The notes: generated by a model not told the origin, from the sequence alone. A stretch of 64,000 nucleotides of DNA from Capsulimonadaceae bacterium (GCA_965215505.1 OZ244065.1:192001-256000); one strand, 5' to 3'. Positions 45,563 to 55,592 are shown, numbered from the stretch's first letter. Numbers and translations: made by a program.

Positions 45563-47428
45563 ATGGGCGTAATGATGCGCGGGGGGCCGCCCGGCCCCAG
45601 GGATGGTGGCAAGGGTGGGGGAAAGAAGCCGCTGAAGCCGGACACATTGCGGCGCGTGGTGCAGACCTTCGTCCCGTACCGCCCGATGGTCGCGGCCATC
45701 GCCGCCGCCGTGTTCGCCTCGGCGGCCCTGGGCCTGTTCTCGCCGTTCCTGCTGCGGGCGATCATCAACCGGGGGCTGTTGGGGCACGACATGGCCCTGG
45801 TCACGCGCGACACGCTCCTGACCCTGGCCGCCACCCTGGGCGCGACGCTGCTCGCCCTGCTCTACGGCTACTGGAGCGTCCTGGTGGGCCAGCGCATCAT
45901 GCGTGACCTGCGGAACCGGCTGTATGACCACCTCCAGGGCATGGCCCTGAAGTTCTTCGCGGACACCCGGACCGGCGAGATCCAGTCGCGGCTCGCCAAT
46001 GACGTCGGCGGCGTCCAGTCCGTCCTCAGCGACACGGCGGCCAGCGTCCTCTCCAACGTCACCATAGTGCTTTCTACCCTCGTCGCCATGATCCTGATGG
46101 ACTGGCGGCTGACCCTGCTGTCGGTCGGCATCCTGCCCCTGTTCGCCCTGCTCGGCCAGAAGGTCGGCGATTACGGGCGCGGAGTGCGCGGGGTCGTGCA
46201 GGAGAGCCTCGCGAACCTGAACGCGACCATGCAGGAAACCTTGTCCGTCTCCGGCGTGCTGCTGACCAAGACGAGCGGCCGGCAGGGCTTGACGCGGGCC
46301 AAGTTCGCTGGGGAGAACGAGGCCCTGACCGGCGCGCAGATCAAGCAGGCGATGGTCTTCCGGTTCTTCTTCAACCTGATCGGCCTGACCTTTTCCCTGA
46401 CGCCCGTTCTGGTCTACTGGCTGGCGGCAGACCTCGTCGTCGGCCACGGCGACAAGCGCCTGACACTGGGCACCATCGTCGCCTTCACCTCCTTGCAGGC
46501 CCGCCTGTTCTTTCCCCTGACCGGCCTGCTGAACGTCCAGATAGAAGTCACCAGCGCCCTGGCCCTCTTCGACCGCATCTTCGAGTACCTGGACTTGAAG
46601 CAGGACATCACCGACGCCCCGGACGCCCTGACACTCGCCCCGGCCCAGATGCGCGGCTCGGTGGCCTTTGAGCGCGTCTCGTTCCGCTACGATGAGTCCC
46701 AGGCCGCGCCGACGCTGGACGACATCACGTTCGAGGCCGCGCCGGGCCAGCTTGTCGCCCTCGTCGGCCACTCGGGTGCGGGCAAGACGACGCTGACCTA
46801 CCTCATCCCCCGGCTGTACGATGCCGACACGGGCCGCGTGACGATTGACGGCCACGACGTGAAACACATCAAGCTCGAATCGCTGGGTCAGGCCATCGCC
46901 GTCGTCACCCAGGAAACATACCTGGTCCACGACACCATCAAGGCCAACCTGCGCTACGGCAGCCCCGACGCCTCCGACGCCGAGCTGATCGCCGCCGCCC
47001 AGGCCGCCGCCATCCACGACCACATCGCAAGCCTGCCGGGTGGCTATGATACGGTCGTCGGCGAGCGCGGCTACAAGCTGTCCGGCGGCGAGAAGCAGCG
47101 CATCGCCATCGCGCGGGCCATCCTGAAGAACCCGCGCATCCTCATTTTGGACGAAGCGACCTCCGCCCTGGACACCCATTCCGAGCGGCTGATCCAGGCC
47201 GCCCTGGTGCCACTGATGGCGGGCCGGACGACGTTCGCCATCGCCCACCGGCTCTCCACCATCCTCGTCGCCGACCTCATCCTGGTCATGGAAGACGGCC
47301 GCATCGTCGAGCGCGGCACCCACACCGCCCTGCTCCGGGCGAACGGCCCCTACGCCCGCCTCTACGCCGCCCAGTTCCAGGAAGGCGACGCGCAGGCATC
47401 GAATGCACTGGCAGCGGGCGTCGCGTAG
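45563..47428 (+). CDS. ABC transporter, fused permease/ATP-binding
   Basis: GHSGAGKT, LSGGEKQR, ILDEATSALD, IAHRLST; N-terminal TM domain. Confidence 0.93.
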   Translation: MGVMMRGGPPGPRDGGKGGGKKPLKPDTLRRVVQTFVPYRPMVAAIAAAVFASAALGLFSPFLLRAIINRGLLGHDMALVTRDTLLTLAATLGATLLALLYGYWSVLVGQRIMRDLRNRLYDHLQGMALKFFADTRTGEIQSRLANDVGGVQSVLSDTAASVLSNVTIVLSTLVAMILMDWRLTLLSVGILPLFALLGQKVGDYGRGVRGVVQESLANLNATMQETLSVSGVLLTKTSGRQGLTRAKFAGENEALTGAQIKQAMVFRFFFNLIGLTFSLTPVLVYWLAADLVVGHGDKRLTLGTIVAFTSLQARLFFPLTGLLNVQIEVTSALALFDRIFEYLDLKQDITDAPDALTLAPAQMRGSVAFERVSFRYDESQAAPTLDDITFEAAPGQLVALVGHSGAGKTTLTYLIPRLYDADTGRVTIDGHDVKHIKLESLGQAIAVVTQETYLVHDTIKANLRYGSPDASDAELIAAAQAAAIHDHIASLPGGYDTVVGERGYKLSGGEKQRIAIARAILKNPRILILDEATSALDTHSERLIQAALVPLMAGRTTFAIAHRLSTILVADLILVMEDGRIVERGTHTALLRANGPYARLYAAQFQEGDAQASNALAAGVA

Positions 47429-47448
47429 GGGCGCGATTCACCGCGTCT
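47425..47448 (+). repeat. Degenerate GTAG REP palindrome overlapping a stop codon
   Basis: GTAGGGGCGCGATTCACCGCGTCT, versus GTAGGGGCGCGATTCATCGCGCCCT at 30129. Confidence 0.65.
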
Positions 47449-47488
47449 TCTGTTCCTGTTGCGCCACTTACGTCGGCACACTCTCTGA

Positions 47489-48196
47489 TTACGGCGTGGG
47501 CTTGGCCGGGATGGTGAAGAGGATGTTGTTCAACTGGTCGGCTGAATCCCGATTAACGCTGGCGGCGTGGCCGTCTACCATCACCATATTCAGGCGTCCC
47601 TCATGCCGTACTGAGCCGCCGTGCCAATGCCCGACTTGATCCGAGAATAGAGGCACGTTCACCGGCTCATGCTCAGAGTAGGGCGGCTGACGGCTCCAGG
47701 CACGGACGCCGCCAAGAGTCCGCCCGTCCAGGGCGAGCAGTGTGGTGTAGCTGTAGCTCATGCCGAACGCTTGGAAACAGGAGGGATGAGCCGAAAGCGG
47801 GATGTCCTCAAACGCCCCCGCTTCGTCAAAGCCGTCGTCGCTGGGGCATCGCCACAAGTCGCGGTTCTTGACATAACCGGCCATCACGTTCGGCAAGGTC
47901 AGGTGGCTCACCTGCATCCGAAGGATCTGAGGCCAGTACTTGCTATTCTGCCCGTTCTGCCAAATGTCGGTGCTGAGGTCGATGGCGTCGCCGCCGTAGG
48001 GGTAGCGGTCGTCGCTGTCCTGGGCATACTGGAAAACGGCGAGGCCGAGCTGGCGCAGGTTGGAGAGGCACGCCGTCTGCCGGCCTCGGGCACGGGCTTT
48101 GGCGAAGACTGGAAATAGCAGGGCGGCCAGTGAGGCCACGATAGCGACAACGACGAGGATCTCAACCACTGTAAACCCGGTCTGTCTCTGTTTCAT
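47489..48196 (-). CDS. Prepilin-type N-terminal cleavage/methylation protein (DUF1559, H-X9-DG)
   Basis: GFTVVEILVVVAIVA, FPVFAKAR, CLSNLRQLG, CPSD, H-EGRLNMVMV-DG. Confidence 0.9.
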   Translation of the reverse strand: MKQRQTGFTVVEILVVVAIVASLAALLFPVFAKARARGRQTACLSNLRQLGLAVFQYAQDSDDRYPYGGDAIDLSTDIWQNGQNSKYWPQILRMQVSHLTLPNVMAGYVKNRDLWRCPSDDGFDEAGAFEDIPLSAHPSCFQAFGMSYSYTTLLALDGRTLGGVRAWSRQPPYSEHEPVNVPLFSDQVGHWHGGSVRHEGRLNMVMVDGHAASVNRDSADQLNNILFTIPAKPTP

Positions 48197-48225
48197 GGGT
48201 GCAATTCACTTCCGAACTCTTCGGC

Positions 48226-48609
48226 TTAGTTGCTCTTGGAAACATCGCGGACTGCCTTATCCATGACGCTTGGGTCAAAAGTTAGTGCGAAGTTGGAGGC
48301 TTCCACACGGTTTATTTCCGCTGTGCCTGCGTCGGTGACAGCGTCGATGCGTTTCTTCCGCTCGGCGCGAGAAAGATGGAGGCGATTACATGTAATCGCT
48401 TCCTGGACGATGCGCTTGCTGCAAATGTCGTTCATCTGATCCAAGCCCACCATCATGCGGCGGACGTCTCTGCCCCGTGGCATTGGCAATTGGGTGTATG
48501 TCACTTGCGGTGGAGCCTGTTTGTTGTGCCAAACGATACCAGCACCAACGAGGCAACAGAGTAGTGCCAATAAAAGTAGTAGGGCGATCCACTTAGACTT
48601 TGGTTTCAT
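48226..48609 (-). CDS. Hypothetical membrane-anchored/secreted protein
   Basis: Basic N-terminus plus hydrophobic stretch; lower GC; upstream of the prepilin gene. Confidence 0.6.
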   Translation of the reverse strand: MKPKSKWIALLLLLALLCCLVGAGIVWHNKQAPPQVTYTQLPMPRGRDVRRMMVGLDQMNDICSKRIVQEAITCNRLHLSRAERKKRIDAVTDAGTAEINRVEASNFALTFDPSVMDKAVRDVSKSN

Positions 48610-48739
48610 CGCGGTCTTGTCTGTTCCTTCGTAATGCTTTAAGATGAAAGGGCTAAAAGGAAGCCGGAGAGCAAGGACAAGATAGAACGCGCCCCTGTGC
48701 TTCCTTGTCCCATCTTAGACTTGGGAGTCGGGGGACCTC

Positions 48740-50542
48740 TCATTTCGCGAACACCACGTTCGCCACCGTCCGCGCCCCCTCGTTTGCCAGCACGAACCGG
48801 CCCTGCAAGTCGCCGCGCACCAGCGACTCGACGATCTGGAGGCCAAGCGAGTCGGTCTTCTTGATGTCGAAGCCCTCGGGCAGCGGCGTCCCGTCGTTCG
48901 CGACCGTCAGGGTCAAGGTCTTCGGCTCCTCGGCCAGGGTGATGCGGATCTCGCCGTCGTCCATGCCCGGCCCGAAGCCGTGTTCGACGGCGTTCTGGAC
49001 CAATTCGTTCAGGATCAGGGCGACCGAGGTGGCCTGGGCGGAGGGCAGCAGGATGTCCGGGCCTTCGATGTTCATGGCGATGTGCTTGCCGGGGGCCAAT
49101 ATCCCCTGCGCGGTGGCCTGGAGGATCTGCTCGGCGACTTTCTTGACGCTGATGATGTCTAGATCCTCGCGCGCCAGAAGCTCATGCACCGAGGCGATGG
49201 CGAGGATGCGGTTCAGCGACTCGGTCAGCACCTGCACGACGCTGCGGCCATTCGCGTAGTGCATCTGGAGGCGCAGCAGGGAGGCCACCTGCTGCAAGTT
49301 GTTCTTGACCCGGTGGTGCATCTCCTGGATGATCGCCGACTTGACCATGAGCTTCGCGTGTTCGATGGCGATGGCGGCGTGCGCGCCCAGGGCCGAGAGG
49401 ACGGAGATCTCCTCGTCGGTGAACCGGTGCGGCTTCTCGGTGTAGCAGTTCAGGACGCCGATCTTCTTGTTTTTGACCAGCAGCGGGATGGAGGCGAGTG
49501 ACGACAGCCCCTCGCGCCGGGCAAGGTCCGGGGTCGCGTATTCGGTCGAGTTCTTCAGGTCGTAGACCGTCACCGGCTGGCCGGTCGCCAGGGCGCGGCC
49601 CGCGACGCTCTCGCCCAGCTTGACGTTGGCCTTCTTGGCGTACTCGCGGCTGCTGCTCTGGGTCGCCTTGATGACCAACTCCTGCTTGTCCTCGTCGAGC
49701 AGCATCAGCGAGCAGATCTTGAACGAGAGCGTGTCGGCCGTGGCGGCGACGATGAGCTGCAAGATCTCTTCCAGATACAGGTCGCTGGTGATCGTCTTGC
49801 TGACTTCGGAGAGCGTGGAAAGCTGCGAGGCGCGCTTTTCCAGCTTGCGGTACTGGCGCGAGTTCTCCACCGCGCCCGAAATCTGGGAGGCGATGGACTG
49901 GAGCAGCCGCACCTGCGTCTGCGTGTACTGGTGTTCCTTCTCGGTGCGGACGTTGATGACGCCCAGCACCTCGCCCCGGTAGATCAGCGGCACGCTCAAC
50001 ATGCTCTGGTACTTGTCTTCTTGAAGCTCCGGGACGTACTTGAAGCGGGCGTCGTGGCGGGCGTCGTGCCCGAGCATCGCCGGCTCCTTGTGCTGGGCGA
50101 CCCATCCGGTCACCCCCTCGCCGGGCTTCAGCCGCAGCTTGCCGATGACCTCGCCCGAGCCGTCGGTGACGGCCCGCAGGACCAGGGTGTCGTGGGCATC
50201 GTTGAACAGGTAGACCTGCGACGAGTCCGTGCCGGTCACCTGCACGGCGACACCGGCGACTGCCTTCAGCATCTCTTCCAGGTCGAACAGCGACCCCATC
50301 GCCTCGCCGATGCGCCGCAGCGCCTCGCCCTCGGCGTTCCGGTCGTCGTGGGCGCGCTCCATCGCCTGGATGCGTCCCTGGGCCGCCTTCAGCTCCGCCG
50401 TCCGCGCCTCCAGGGCCTGGTGCAGCCGCGAGGAGTTAGCCTCATGGGAGCGGAGGGCTTGGGTGTGGCGCTTGAGGAACAGCGCGCGCCGCCCGTACCC
50501 GATCCGTGGCGGCACGCCGTTGATGTCTTTGTTGTGTTTCAT
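48740..50542 (-). CDS. Double-GAF sensor histidine kinase (HisKA_2, PdtaS-like)
   Basis: Two GAF domains, EMHHRVKNNLQ, NELVQNAVEH, SLGLQIV. Confidence 0.92.
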   Translation of the reverse strand: MKHNKDINGVPPRIGYGRRALFLKRHTQALRSHEANSSRLHQALEARTAELKAAQGRIQAMERAHDDRNAEGEALRRIGEAMGSLFDLEEMLKAVAGVAVQVTGTDSSQVYLFNDAHDTLVLRAVTDGSGEVIGKLRLKPGEGVTGWVAQHKEPAMLGHDARHDARFKYVPELQEDKYQSMLSVPLIYRGEVLGVINVRTEKEHQYTQTQVRLLQSIASQISGAVENSRQYRKLEKRASQLSTLSEVSKTITSDLYLEEILQLIVAATADTLSFKICSLMLLDEDKQELVIKATQSSSREYAKKANVKLGESVAGRALATGQPVTVYDLKNSTEYATPDLARREGLSSLASIPLLVKNKKIGVLNCYTEKPHRFTDEEISVLSALGAHAAIAIEHAKLMVKSAIIQEMHHRVKNNLQQVASLLRLQMHYANGRSVVQVLTESLNRILAIASVHELLAREDLDIISVKKVAEQILQATAQGILAPGKHIAMNIEGPDILLPSAQATSVALILNELVQNAVEHGFGPGMDDGEIRITLAEEPKTLTLTVANDGTPLPEGFDIKKTDSLGLQIVESLVRGDLQGRFVLANEGARTVANVVFAK

Positions 50543-51473
50543 GGGGGAGTGTCACTTCTTCTATGAACCGGCCCAGGGCACCGAAGACGGCCCGGCCCTC
50601 GATCCGGAAGTAGTCCGCGTGTCCGGCCCGCGCGACCGCAAGCCGCGTCACCGGCCCGCCGCTGGCCGAGGCCAGCCGGTCCGCCATCCAGAACGGGATC
50701 AGCCGGTCGGCGCGGCTGTGGACGATCAAGACGGGGCAGGTGACGCGCGGCATCTTGCTCTCGCTGGCGAACGGGTAGCGGAGCAGCGAGCGCAGCAGGA
50801 ACGTCGGGTAGACCGGGTACTCCTGGTGCGCCTCGTCCGCGAGGCTCGTGTAGGCCGCGAACAGTGCCAGCCCGGCGACGGGCCGATGCGCCGACAGTTC
50901 TCGCGCCGCCAGGTCCACGGCGACCCCTGACCCGAGCGAATAGCCTGCGATGACGATGCCCTCCCGGTCCACGTCTGGCCGGGACAACAAGTACCCGTAG
51001 GTCGCCTGTGCCGTCGCGAAGCAGTTCGCCTCCGACTCCTGGCCCCCGCTCTGCCCGAAGCCGACATAGTCCGGCATCAGGACGTTCACGTCCAGCCGCC
51101 GGAACGACTCGAACCACACGCGGCAATTTACCAGCGAACCGGCCTTGCCGTAAAAGAACAGCAGGGTGGGGCGGCGGGCCGCGTCCGGGTCAGGCGAGCC
51201 GTCCGCCCGTAGCGCCCGCCCGTAGTAGGCCGTCACCCGGTCCCCTGCCGCCGTTTGGAACGACACCCGGCGCGCGTCGGGCGTCAGGGCCACTCCGTCC
51301 ACTGCGCCCCACTGGCGCGAGTAGGCGGCATTGAAAACGAGCTGCCGCTGGAACGCGGCCAGCCCGACCAGCGGCGCGAGGTACAGGACGGCCAAGACAA
51401 ACAGAAGCCGCCTGACGGTCCTGGGGAGGACCATCCGGCGGCCTTGTCGGGTGGTGGGCGGCTCCGTCATCAT
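50442..51473 (-). CDS. Alpha/beta hydrolase (membrane-anchored)
   Basis: DYVGFGQS, GYSLG nucleophile elbow, HSRADRLIP, AGH. Confidence 0.85.
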   Translation of the reverse strand: MMTEPPTTRQGRRMVLPRTVRRLLFVLAVLYLAPLVGLAAFQRQLVFNAAYSRQWGAVDGVALTPDARRVSFQTAAGDRVTAYYGRALRADGSPDPDAARRPTLLFFYGKAGSLVNCRVWFESFRRLDVNVLMPDYVGFGQSGGQESEANCFATAQATYGYLLSRPDVDREGIVIAGYSLGSGVAVDLAARELSAHRPVAGLALFAAYTSLADEAHQEYPVYPTFLLRSLLRYPFASESKMPRVTCPVLIVHSRADRLIPFWMADRLASASGGPVTRLAVARAGHADYFRIEGRAVFGALGRFIEEVTLPHETQQRHQRRAATDRVRAARAVPQAPHPSPPLP

Positions 51474-51495
51474 CGTGCGGACCCTCTGCCGAGTC

Positions 51496-52071
51496 CTAGA
51501 CGTTATGCGCGATGATGATGGCTTCGGCGATCTCGCGCATGGACTTGCGCGTGTTCATGCTCTGGATCTGGATGCGCCGGAACGCCTCCTGTTCCTTCAG
51601 CCCGTACTGGTCCATCAGGATGCCCTTGGCCCGGTCCACGGCCTTGCGGGTGTCCAGCTTGTTTTCCAGGTCCGAGACCTCGTTCTCAAGCTCCACGAAC
51701 TCCTCGTAGCGCGAGATCGCGATCTCCATGGCGGGCAGCAGGTCGGCCTCCTTGAAGGGCTTGACGAGGTAGGCGAAGACGCCCGCATCCTTGGCCCGGT
51801 CTACCAGGTCCTTCTGGGAGTAGGCCGTCAGCAGCAGGACGGGCGCGATGCCCTCGGTCGTGATGACCTTCGCGCCGTCAATGCCGTCGAGTTCGGGCAT
51901 CTTGATGTCCAGGATCACGATGTCCGGCTTCATCTCGCGCGCCACCTCGATAGCCTTGGCCCCGTCCCCGGCCTCACCGACGACCTGGTGGCCCATGTTC
52001 TCCAGGGTCTTTCGCAGGTCCAGCCGGATGATCGGCTCGTCGTCGGCGATCACGATTCGTAGTGAGTCCAT
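51496..52071 (-). CDS. ANTAR-domain response regulator (PdtaR/EutV-like)
   Basis: IADDE, LDIKMP, YLVKP, RAKGILM...EAFRRIQ..SM. Confidence 0.93.
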   Translation of the reverse strand: MDSLRIVIADDEPIIRLDLRKTLENMGHQVVGEAGDGAKAIEVAREMKPDIVILDIKMPELDGIDGAKVITTEGIAPVLLLTAYSQKDLVDRAKDAGVFAYLVKPFKEADLLPAMEIAISRYEEFVELENEVSDLENKLDTRKAVDRAKGILMDQYGLKEQEAFRRIQIQSMNTRKSMREIAEAIIIAHNV

Positions 52072-52342
52072 TGTAAAAGTCTCCGTCCTTTTTCCCGCAG
52101 CATGTCGAAGGGATATGAAAGGAAGGGGCCGCGCTTCTCGTTGCAGCCCCTCCCGCTTTCTGCTATAATAGCTTGGATACTTTCTATCATAGCAAATTCC
52201 GTGCCAAAAAAGCAAGGGCGATCCCTGCTGATAAAGCGAACCACCCGCCGACGCTTCGGCTCTTCGCCCTGCTCTGAGTTCGTGATGGAAGTCTCTGCCG
52301 ACACTCGCCCCAATTGGCCGCCCCGCATGGAGACGCTGAGCC

Positions 52343-53410
52343 ATGACAAAGAAACCAGAATACTCGATCACGGATTTGGGAATAATGCCGGGTTTCGATG
52401 AGAGCAGGGCAACCGCTTTGAACGATGAAGGGCAAGTCATAGGTACCCTGCGGCGGGGCGACTTTGACTTCAAGCCTTATGGTTTTCACTGGCGCGAAGG
52501 CATGATAAGCGGTTCAGGGGATGTTATTCCAAATAGCATCAACAACAAAGGTCAAATTGCTGGGATAAGTCGCAAAATCTACTTAGAGTTCATCGCTTAT
52601 GGCGAAAAGCCGAGGTCTTCCCCAAGGAGCAACACCGTCCATTGGGGTCAGGCGATTAGTGAGAATGGTCAAACGGTGGGCTTCAGCCAGTTCACCAATT
52701 GGAACGTTCCGTCGAAGTCGAAACGCCAGCCATTTATCTTAGAAAGCGACGAACGAAGTTCCCTGACTATTCCTGAAGGCTACGATGCTGGGGAGGCGAT
52801 GGGAATTAACAGCCAGGGGATGGTCGTCGGCAACGTCTGGTCGCGAGATGTCAGCGATAAACATGCAATTGTCTGGCAGGACGATGAAGTGAGGCATCTT
52901 GGTGAACTGACGGGCTTCCACAACACCGAGGCAATTACCGTCAACGATTCAGGCCATGTTCTCGTCAAGGCTTTTCAGGCCCGTTTTGCCGAACTTCTAC
53001 GCCAGTCCACTGGAGCCGGGGATCTGCATCAACTGACTGAAGAGGTGGCAAGAATACCCGCAAATGCTTGGGGATTTAAACATCAGCCTTATCTGTGGAA
53101 CAGCGGCCAGTGGCAGGAAATTAATGGGATGCGCTTTGCACATGCCCTGAACAATCAAGGTCAGGTAGTCGGCTCGATCTTGATAGATCCAAAAACAGCA
53201 TCGGGACCGTCGGGACCGAATGAACGTGCCGGTAACCATGCGGCATTTTGGGAGGCTGGTGAGGTGATGGATCTAAACAATGCCCTGCCCGAAGACTCAG
53301 GCTGGGTACTACAGAAAGCCACAGACATCAACAACTGGGGCCAGATCGTCGGCGACGGCGTGTTTGAGGGCAAATCCCGCGCCTTTCTGTTGACGCTCGA
53401 ACGCCTATGA
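52343..53410 (+). CDS. HAF-repeat (beta-propeller-like) protein, no signal peptide
   Basis: YSITDLG, repeated INxxGQIVG units, MDLN..LP..SGWVL, RAFLLT; lower GC. Confidence 0.8.
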   Translation: MTKKPEYSITDLGIMPGFDESRATALNDEGQVIGTLRRGDFDFKPYGFHWREGMISGSGDVIPNSINNKGQIAGISRKIYLEFIAYGEKPRSSPRSNTVHWGQAISENGQTVGFSQFTNWNVPSKSKRQPFILESDERSSLTIPEGYDAGEAMGINSQGMVVGNVWSRDVSDKHAIVWQDDEVRHLGELTGFHNTEAITVNDSGHVLVKAFQARFAELLRQSTGAGDLHQLTEEVARIPANAWGFKHQPYLWNSGQWQEINGMRFAHALNNQGQVVGSILIDPKTASGPSGPNERAGNHAAFWEAGEVMDLNNALPEDSGWVLQKATDINNWGQIVGDGVFEGKSRAFLLTLERL

Positions 53411-54486
53411 AACTGCCATGCTTGCTAACAGCCTTTGCCGTATCATTTCTGATTGGCGCAACCGCCCACGCCCAGACTGCTCCGCGCTACACCGCCATAG
53501 ATCTCGGCTCGCTGGGCGGGCAGGAGTGCGCGGCGACGGCCCTGAACGACCGGGGGCAGATCGTCGGCGGGGCGGACACGGCGCGGCACGGCAAGGGGCC
53601 GGAGTTCATCACCAATGTCTTCGTCTGGCAGAATGGGCGGATGCATGCGGTGCCGGGGCTGGACGGCAGCCACGCCTACGTTGACGCGGTCAACGGCGCG
53701 GGGCAGATGACCGGGGCCTACAGCGCCGACCCGCTCAAGGCGCAGTTCACGTCCGCCCTGTTCGGCCCGACCGGTAAGGTCCGGCTGCTGGGCGGCTTCC
53801 CGGCCACCCAGCACGGCTACTCGCTCTCCAAGGCGGACGGCCTCAACGCCAAGGGCCAGGTGGTCGGCATCTCCAATAACCAGGCATTCTTCTGGAACTT
53901 GGGGCGTCTGAAGAAGCTGGCACCGCCGCCGGGCTATCAGGCGTCGGAAGCGTGGAGCGTCAATGACAAAGGCCAGGCGACGGGCAAGGCCGACCGGGCG
54001 GGCGGCGTGGGCAAAGCCGGGCTGACCCATGCCCTGTATTGGGAGGCGGGCGGCAGAGTCACCGACATGGGAACCCTGCCCGGCTACACCGACAGCGTAG
54101 GGAAAGCGATCAACAACAAGGGCCAGGTGGTGGGCTGGGTGGGCGTGACGCGGGGAACGCCGGGGCGGCGAATCACGTTCCACTACCAGGCGTTCCTGTG
54201 GCAGAACGGACGGATGCGCGGCCTGGGTTCCATCCCCCGCATCCCCGACAGCAAAGCCGCCGCCCTCAACGACAGAGGCCAGATCGTCGGCAACGCCTAC
54301 TTCAAGACCGATGAGGCCGCCCTGCTCTGGCAGAACGGCAAAGTGTATGAACTGAACGCCCTGGTTCCGCCACACTCGGGCTGGAAGCTGCAAAACGCAT
54401 TGGGCATCAACGCCCGAGGCCAGATCATCGGCAACGGCATCCACAACGGTATCCGCCGGGGCTTCCTGCTGAACCCCCGGCCGTAA
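53407..54486 (+). CDS. Secreted HAF-repeat protein
   Basis: Signal peptide (AHA-Q), YTAIDLGSLGG, repeated LNxxGQIVG units, AFLWQNG. Confidence 0.85.
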   Translation: MKLPCLLTAFAVSFLIGATAHAQTAPRYTAIDLGSLGGQECAATALNDRGQIVGGADTARHGKGPEFITNVFVWQNGRMHAVPGLDGSHAYVDAVNGAGQMTGAYSADPLKAQFTSALFGPTGKVRLLGGFPATQHGYSLSKADGLNAKGQVVGISNNQAFFWNLGRLKKLAPPPGYQASEAWSVNDKGQATGKADRAGGVGKAGLTHALYWEAGGRVTDMGTLPGYTDSVGKAINNKGQVVGWVGVTRGTPGRRITFHYQAFLWQNGRMRGLGSIPRIPDSKAAALNDRGQIVGNAYFKTDEAALLWQNGKVYELNALVPPHSGWKLQNALGINARGQIIGNGIHNGIRRGFLLNPRP

Positions 54487-54495
54487 GGAAACGCA

Positions 54496-55578
54496 TTGGA
54501 AAAATTCGCTTTCATCATCCACCCACTCGATGCGCGCCGCGACGTGGCGAAGAAGGGCGGCATCTACAGCGCCGCCAAGTACCTGCCGGAGCCGGCCGTG
54601 GAGTGGGGGATGCAGTTCAAGACCCCCATGCTCATGTCCCACATCACCGGCATCCAGTCGCCGACGGGGGCCGAGGCGGAGGGCTGGTTCATCGGCTGCC
54701 CGCTGACGCCGAGGCAGATGCTCACCTTGCCTCAAGAATTCGTCTACAAGCGCCTCGTCCAGTGCGGCAGGCTGGCCGAGTCGCTGGGCGCGGGCATCAT
54801 TGGTTTGGGCGCGTTCACTTCCATCGTCGGCGACGGCGGCATCACCATCGCCAAAGAGCTTGACATCGCCGTGACGACCGGCAACTCCTACACCACGGCG
54901 ACGGCCGTGGAGGGCGGCCTGGACGCGGCTCGGCGCATGGGCATTGACATCAAGCGGGCCAAGGTGGCCGTGGTCGGCGCGACCGGCTCCATCGGCAAGA
55001 CCTGTGCCCAGATGCTGGCCCCGCAGTGCGCCGAGATCGCCCTGATCGGGCGGGACCTGGCCCGTTTAGAGGCCGTCGGCGGCGAGCTGGCCGGGGCCTG
55101 CGTCCGCCTGTACGATGACGTCCATTTGGGCCTGCGCGACGCCGACCTGATCCTGACCGTCACCAGCGCCCGCGACGCCGTGATCGAGCCGGAGGACCTG
55201 AAGCCCGGCAGCGTGGTCTGCGACGTGGCCCGCCCCCGCGACGTTTCGGTGCGCGTGGCGAAGGAGCGCGACGACGTGCTGGTCATCGAGGGCGGCGTCG
55301 TCGCCGTGCCCGGCCCCGACGCCGATTTCCACTTCCACTTCGGCTTCCCGCCCAAGACCGCCTACGCCTGCATGTCCGAGACGATCATGCTGGCTTTGGA
55401 TGGCCGTTACGAGTCGTTCACCCTGGGCAAAGAGGTGTCCATCGCCCAAGCGGAAGAGACGAGCCGCCTGGCGAAGAAGCACGGGTTTAGACTCGCCGGC
55501 TACCGGAGCTTCGAGAAGGAAGTCACCCAGGAGACAATCGAGACGACCCGGCGGCGGGCGCAGGAAAAGCGGAAGTAG
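54496..55578 (+). CDS. NAD(P)-binding oxidoreductase, acyl-ACP reductase/shikimate dehydrogenase-like
   Basis: FAFIIHP, GLGAFTSIV, TTGNSYT, GATGSIG, DVARPRD, ACMSET. Confidence 0.75.
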   Translation: MEKFAFIIHPLDARRDVAKKGGIYSAAKYLPEPAVEWGMQFKTPMLMSHITGIQSPTGAEAEGWFIGCPLTPRQMLTLPQEFVYKRLVQCGRLAESLGAGIIGLGAFTSIVGDGGITIAKELDIAVTTGNSYTTATAVEGGLDAARRMGIDIKRAKVAVVGATGSIGKTCAQMLAPQCAEIALIGRDLARLEAVGGELAGACVRLYDDVHLGLRDADLILTVTSARDAVIEPEDLKPGSVVCDVARPRDVSVRVAKERDDVLVIEGGVVAVPGPDADFHFHFGFPPKTAYACMSETIMLALDGRYESFTLGKEVSIAQAEETSRLAKKHGFRLAGYRSFEKEVTQETIETTRRRAQEKRK

Positions 55579-55592
55579 ATGCAGCAGAAGGA

